The notes under the pieces were generated by a model. That model was not told the DNA's origin and did not search any database. It saw only the letters and a list, made by a program, of their open reading frames with translations. Below are positions 61,901 through 64,000 of a stretch of DNA of 64,000 nucleotides, piece after piece. The stretch comes from Nitrospirota bacterium (GTDB lineage Bacteria; Nitrospirota; UBA9217). The translations under genes and the position numbers were made by a program. Position 1 is the stretch's first letter, and each line of letters begins with the position of its first letter. The DNA is taken from assembly GCA_963840455.1 (NCBI GenBank), contig CAWIYV010000014.1, positions 32,001-96,000 on the forward strand. Reading direction: 5' to 3'.

Positions 61901-63998
61901 CGCAGACCGTCCCCTGGTATTCGTAGGCGCGAACGCCTTCGTCCGTGCCGTAGTCGTAGCGGTCGTATCGGACCGGGACAAGTTTGTCGTCGGGCGTGCG
62001 ATAGGCCATGCCGTTGTCGGTGAAGGCGATGCGGTCTGCGTCGATGAGATAGCGTTTGCACTTGTCGAGCTCTCCAGTCGGCGAGAACGCGTACCGTCCA
62101 TCGGGCAGGGGCGAGAGCATGGCGATCCTGAGCACGGCCATGGTCTTGACGCCGCCGGAGTCAGAGCCTGCGGTCGGCTCGGTCAGGGCAAAGGCGCTGA
62201 CGCCGCCGTGGCCGAGGTTCCGCAGAAAGAGCTTGTGTGCCCGCTCCCGCCGAGGAAGTTCGTCGAGGCCGTCGCGGACATCAGGCATGATGCGCTCGAA
62301 GAGCTCTGCGGCATGGACAAGGTTCGTCATGAACCCGCCGAAGTCGCCGCGTTGACCTGCGATGCCAGCTCCGTAGAAGGAGCGCAGGAAACCGGCCGAG
62401 AGATACTTGACGACGCGCGTGCGGCGGATGCGGTCGTCGACAAGCCTCATGATCGCGCTGTACTCCTTCCGCACCCATCGGGGGTTCGGGTTCCTGAACG
62501 ACGACACTAGGCGCCTGATGCGCGAACCGATCTCGCCAAGCCGCTTCGGGTCATGGACGAGCGGGGTGAGCTCTTCCCGCACACGGGGGAGCTCATCCTC
62601 CAGCCCCAGCAGCACCGGCGTGGTGCCGATGCTCGTGCTGGCCATGATCAGCAGGCAGACAGCGGCGTCGCCGAAGCTGCCCGAGGCTGAGTTCAGGACA
62701 TAGTACCCGGCCTTGCGCCAGCCCAGGCCGTCCTCGGCCTTGGGAACGTAGGTGGCGAGCCACCTGTTCTGCTTCACTGCAGCGATGACCTCGTCCGGCA
62801 GGTTATGGATCTGCTCCACGTACCGTTCGAAGTGCATTCCTTCGAAGCTCCTGCCGCCTGCATTCGCCTTGAACCAGTCCACGAGGCCGCGCCATTGCTG
62901 CCGGAGCTTCGGGTCATGGAGCTGCATCTCCGGCACATAGCGCGGCGAGCGGTCGAAGATCGAAACGAGAAAGGTCCCTGAACGGTGAGGCCTGCCCGGC
63001 CGGTTGCAGAAGTGTTCGTAGTCCTGGCCCAGATCGACGGCAGCGATGTCCGGGGCAGGGGGGGAGACCGCGGCAGGCGATACGCGTCCGCTGCCTGCTG
63101 ACAGCGCGGCTTTCCTGACAGCCTTTTCGGCAAGTCCGAGCAGGACCTCGACTGAAGCAGCCTCCTGCTCCATGCTCCTGCCAGCGTTAAGACCCGCTTC
63201 GACAACGACAAGCAGACCGCGTATGTCGAGCAGCAGCGCGGCTGCATCACCGGACGCGTGAGCATCAGCCCCCGCCGGCATGCTGTCATAGCCGGACTGC
63301 ACCGCGTTCCACTGTTTCACGAGAGACGCAAGAGGCGCTCCGCTGATCTTGGAAAAGCTGCCGAGCTCGGCCGAAAGAGTCTTCGTGAGATCAGCTCCTG
63401 CCAGGCCGGCATGAAGGGCGGACGACGCACCATATCCTGGTGCAAGGAACCGGAAAAGTGCGCTGTCGCGGTAGAAGCGCGCGAGGAGGTCGTCCTCGGA
63501 GAAGGCGAAGCCTCCGAAGACCTGGCCTGCGTCGTAGGCCATGCATCCGGGCTCAGGACCGAAGGCCATGGCAGCCGTTGCCGCGCATAAAGCATCGAAC
63601 TCGGGAGATGTTGCACCGTGCGAACGCCGGGCAACGCGGTACAGTGTTTCGAGCAGCAGCGTCCACGCCTCAATGCGGCTGACGAGCGCCTTGACCGCGC
63701 CGAGCTTGGCGATGCCGTCGCGGCCCTGGGTGTCGAGCATCTGGCCGGGGAACTGGACCCTGCCTGCGGCATGCTCCCTGGCGCGGCGCGAGAGGTAGTC
63801 GCCTGCGCCGAGAGCAATGGCGAGATAGGAGGCGGCGTCAAGCTCCTCGGTGTCCCGGATCGGGAAGCGGTCCTGCTTGCTCAGCGTGCAATTGAGCTCG
63901 ATCCGTGAGAGGCCTGCTGCCCGGAATCCAATGGCCGGCGCTGGCGTGATCTTGACCCCGGCTGCTGTGAAGGGCAGGATATACGCCGTGCCCCCGGC
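58989..63998 (-). CDS. Giant acyl-CoA dehydrogenase(s)-EtfB-EtfA fusion (5' end beyond the window)
   Basis: FALTEPTAGSD, GSKMWITNG, KMGQRGSPT, IYEGTNEVQR; EtfB-like IDPLD...LDQAL; EtfA QIGQTG...PKL.I.LGISGAPQH, NKDPEAP; frame stays open to the window end with RVQFPG. Confidence 0.9.
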   Translation of the reverse strand, partial: AGGTAYILPFTAAGVKITPAPAIGFRAAGLSRIELNCTLSKQDRFPIRDTEELDAASYLAIALGAGDYLSRRAREHAAGRVQFPGQMLDTQGRDGIAKLGAVKALVSRIEAWTLLLETLYRVARRSHGATSPEFDALCAATAAMAFGPEPGCMAYDAGQVFGGFAFSEDDLLARFYRDSALFRFLAPGYGASSALHAGLAGADLTKTLSAELGSFSKISGAPLASLVKQWNAVQSGYDSMPAGADAHASGDAAALLLDIRGLLVVVEAGLNAGRSMEQEAASVEVLLGLAEKAVRKAALSAGSGRVSPAAVSPPAPDIAAVDLGQDYEHFCNRPGRPHRSGTFLVSIFDRSPRYVPEMQLHDPKLRQQWRGLVDWFKANAGGRSFEGMHFERYVEQIHNLPDEVIAAVKQNRWLATYVPKAEDGLGWRKAGYYVLNSASGSFGDAAVCLLIMASTSIGTTPVLLGLEDELPRVREELTPLVHDPKRLGEIGSRIRRLVSSFRNPNPRWVRKEYSAIMRLVDDRIRRTRVVKYLSAGFLRSFYGAGIAGQRGDFGGFMTNLVHAAELFERIMPDVRDGLDELPRRERAHKLFLRNLGHGGVSAFALTEPTAGSDSGGVKTMAVLRIAMLSPLPDGRYAFSPTGELDKCKRYLIDADRIAFTDNGMAYRTPDDKLVPVRYDRYDYGTDEGVRAYEYQGTVCEFHDIGQVRTTGTGPHYAYYSLTGSKMWITNGSLATQFCLFAQTPEGVTGFMVDRHAEGLKVGADERKMGQRGSPTNEISLDNVRVPREAIIGYEGHGQVNALETLNVGRCGLAVVAGALARKLMAEASQALPQSEVRDRLLGEAAAIQFGSESLAYYLIGLFDRPHESVRMESAIAKYVCSEDVHEIISLIERAYGPVGQTEQYLLEKARRDARILNIYEGTNEVQRFLILKDLISQAADWPELPDRILERPQDTAAMTLSAWKNLLRKHVLAAREQLGDAAWSDAMLQPALFPLAEMAGEVLRLECVFYRCEWLAERRDLLGPAYVDPLLQAGQRAAERALAKLGHLDQAFAPAWQQLSRDLDAPEVRAADAVLDRAAKKDRAEQETVGAVSAPLRILSIIRPVPVLSPLPRLDNGAISELVWEIDPLDRSGLDQALALKAASGTNVTVHVLMPAGAEREQLLRSAAPTADRLVRLDRDPAEFTAFVGAVKDLELDGNYDLIVLGAESLNGDHGLAPFLAGGLKRHYLPVPRMRAKSDPSGIDGVSTPSIIGISTGSMPLGQSISDLVAGLSRNISVMSSSGVPSPLPRFARPARKTAGTRTITSVKDAATFLKEYAALASAARTETYAGTIGKGQLAPGPVVWSILDPLDRKGGLAALRAGRIAADLLGKTSCCLVSAPRESWPSLLGLAQANGAERAFCIDTRDGALSRFGMQQVLKLIMTRSGEPMIIAGASWNDAIATTAGGQEAGSRIRIVTNISHVDRNADGSLNIDVPVYAGRLVRQERVRDGSALLTMSSDADLPAQAPRDKFTVVEIDSEAGPDWTTPLPPPAPPTLSSAEVIIDLGYGVKDGSGIALANDLKKMLEGMGLAPMFGATRKVTQDLKLLPLDAQIGQTGVRVNPKLIICLGISGAPQHIDYLGTRAEVLCFNKDPEAPLMKLNQTRPAPRVHPIVGDLFVTVKELIEKLH

Positions 63999-64000
63999 GA

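Overview
GC-rich bacterial chromosome segment; the gene content resembles Nitrospirota or Deltaproteobacteria, which is an inference only. The core genes are cusBA, a scpA-HEAT-scpB-MinD/FlhG-like-J/HTH cluster, nrdJ with an NrdR box, ttcA, a class V aminotransferase-serA-purA run, tRNA-Lys and tRNA-Glu, a PiT/DUF47 pair, aspS and a giant acyl-CoA dehydrogenase-ETF fusion. Directly behind tRNA-Glu lies an AT-richer ~18 kb array (24.1-42.2 kb) of four integrase-less cargo segments. Each segment ends in a copy of the tRNA-Glu 3' half, and the segments share att-arm and leader/promoter modules in mixed combinations. Their cargo is a class III nucleotide cyclase plus a 2-TM partner, a tiny secreted repeat protein, two giant mosaic beta-propeller surface proteins and lipoproteins. 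Signals missed by the ORF track include two probable selenoproteins (in-frame TGA plus SECIS-like hairpin), a 57-aa Cys-rich ORF, a c-di-GMP-I riboswitch, a multi-copy IS200/IS605-like miniature element, an 85-nt insert found twice in tRNA T-loops, and many intergenic inverted repeats built from 7-9-mer units.
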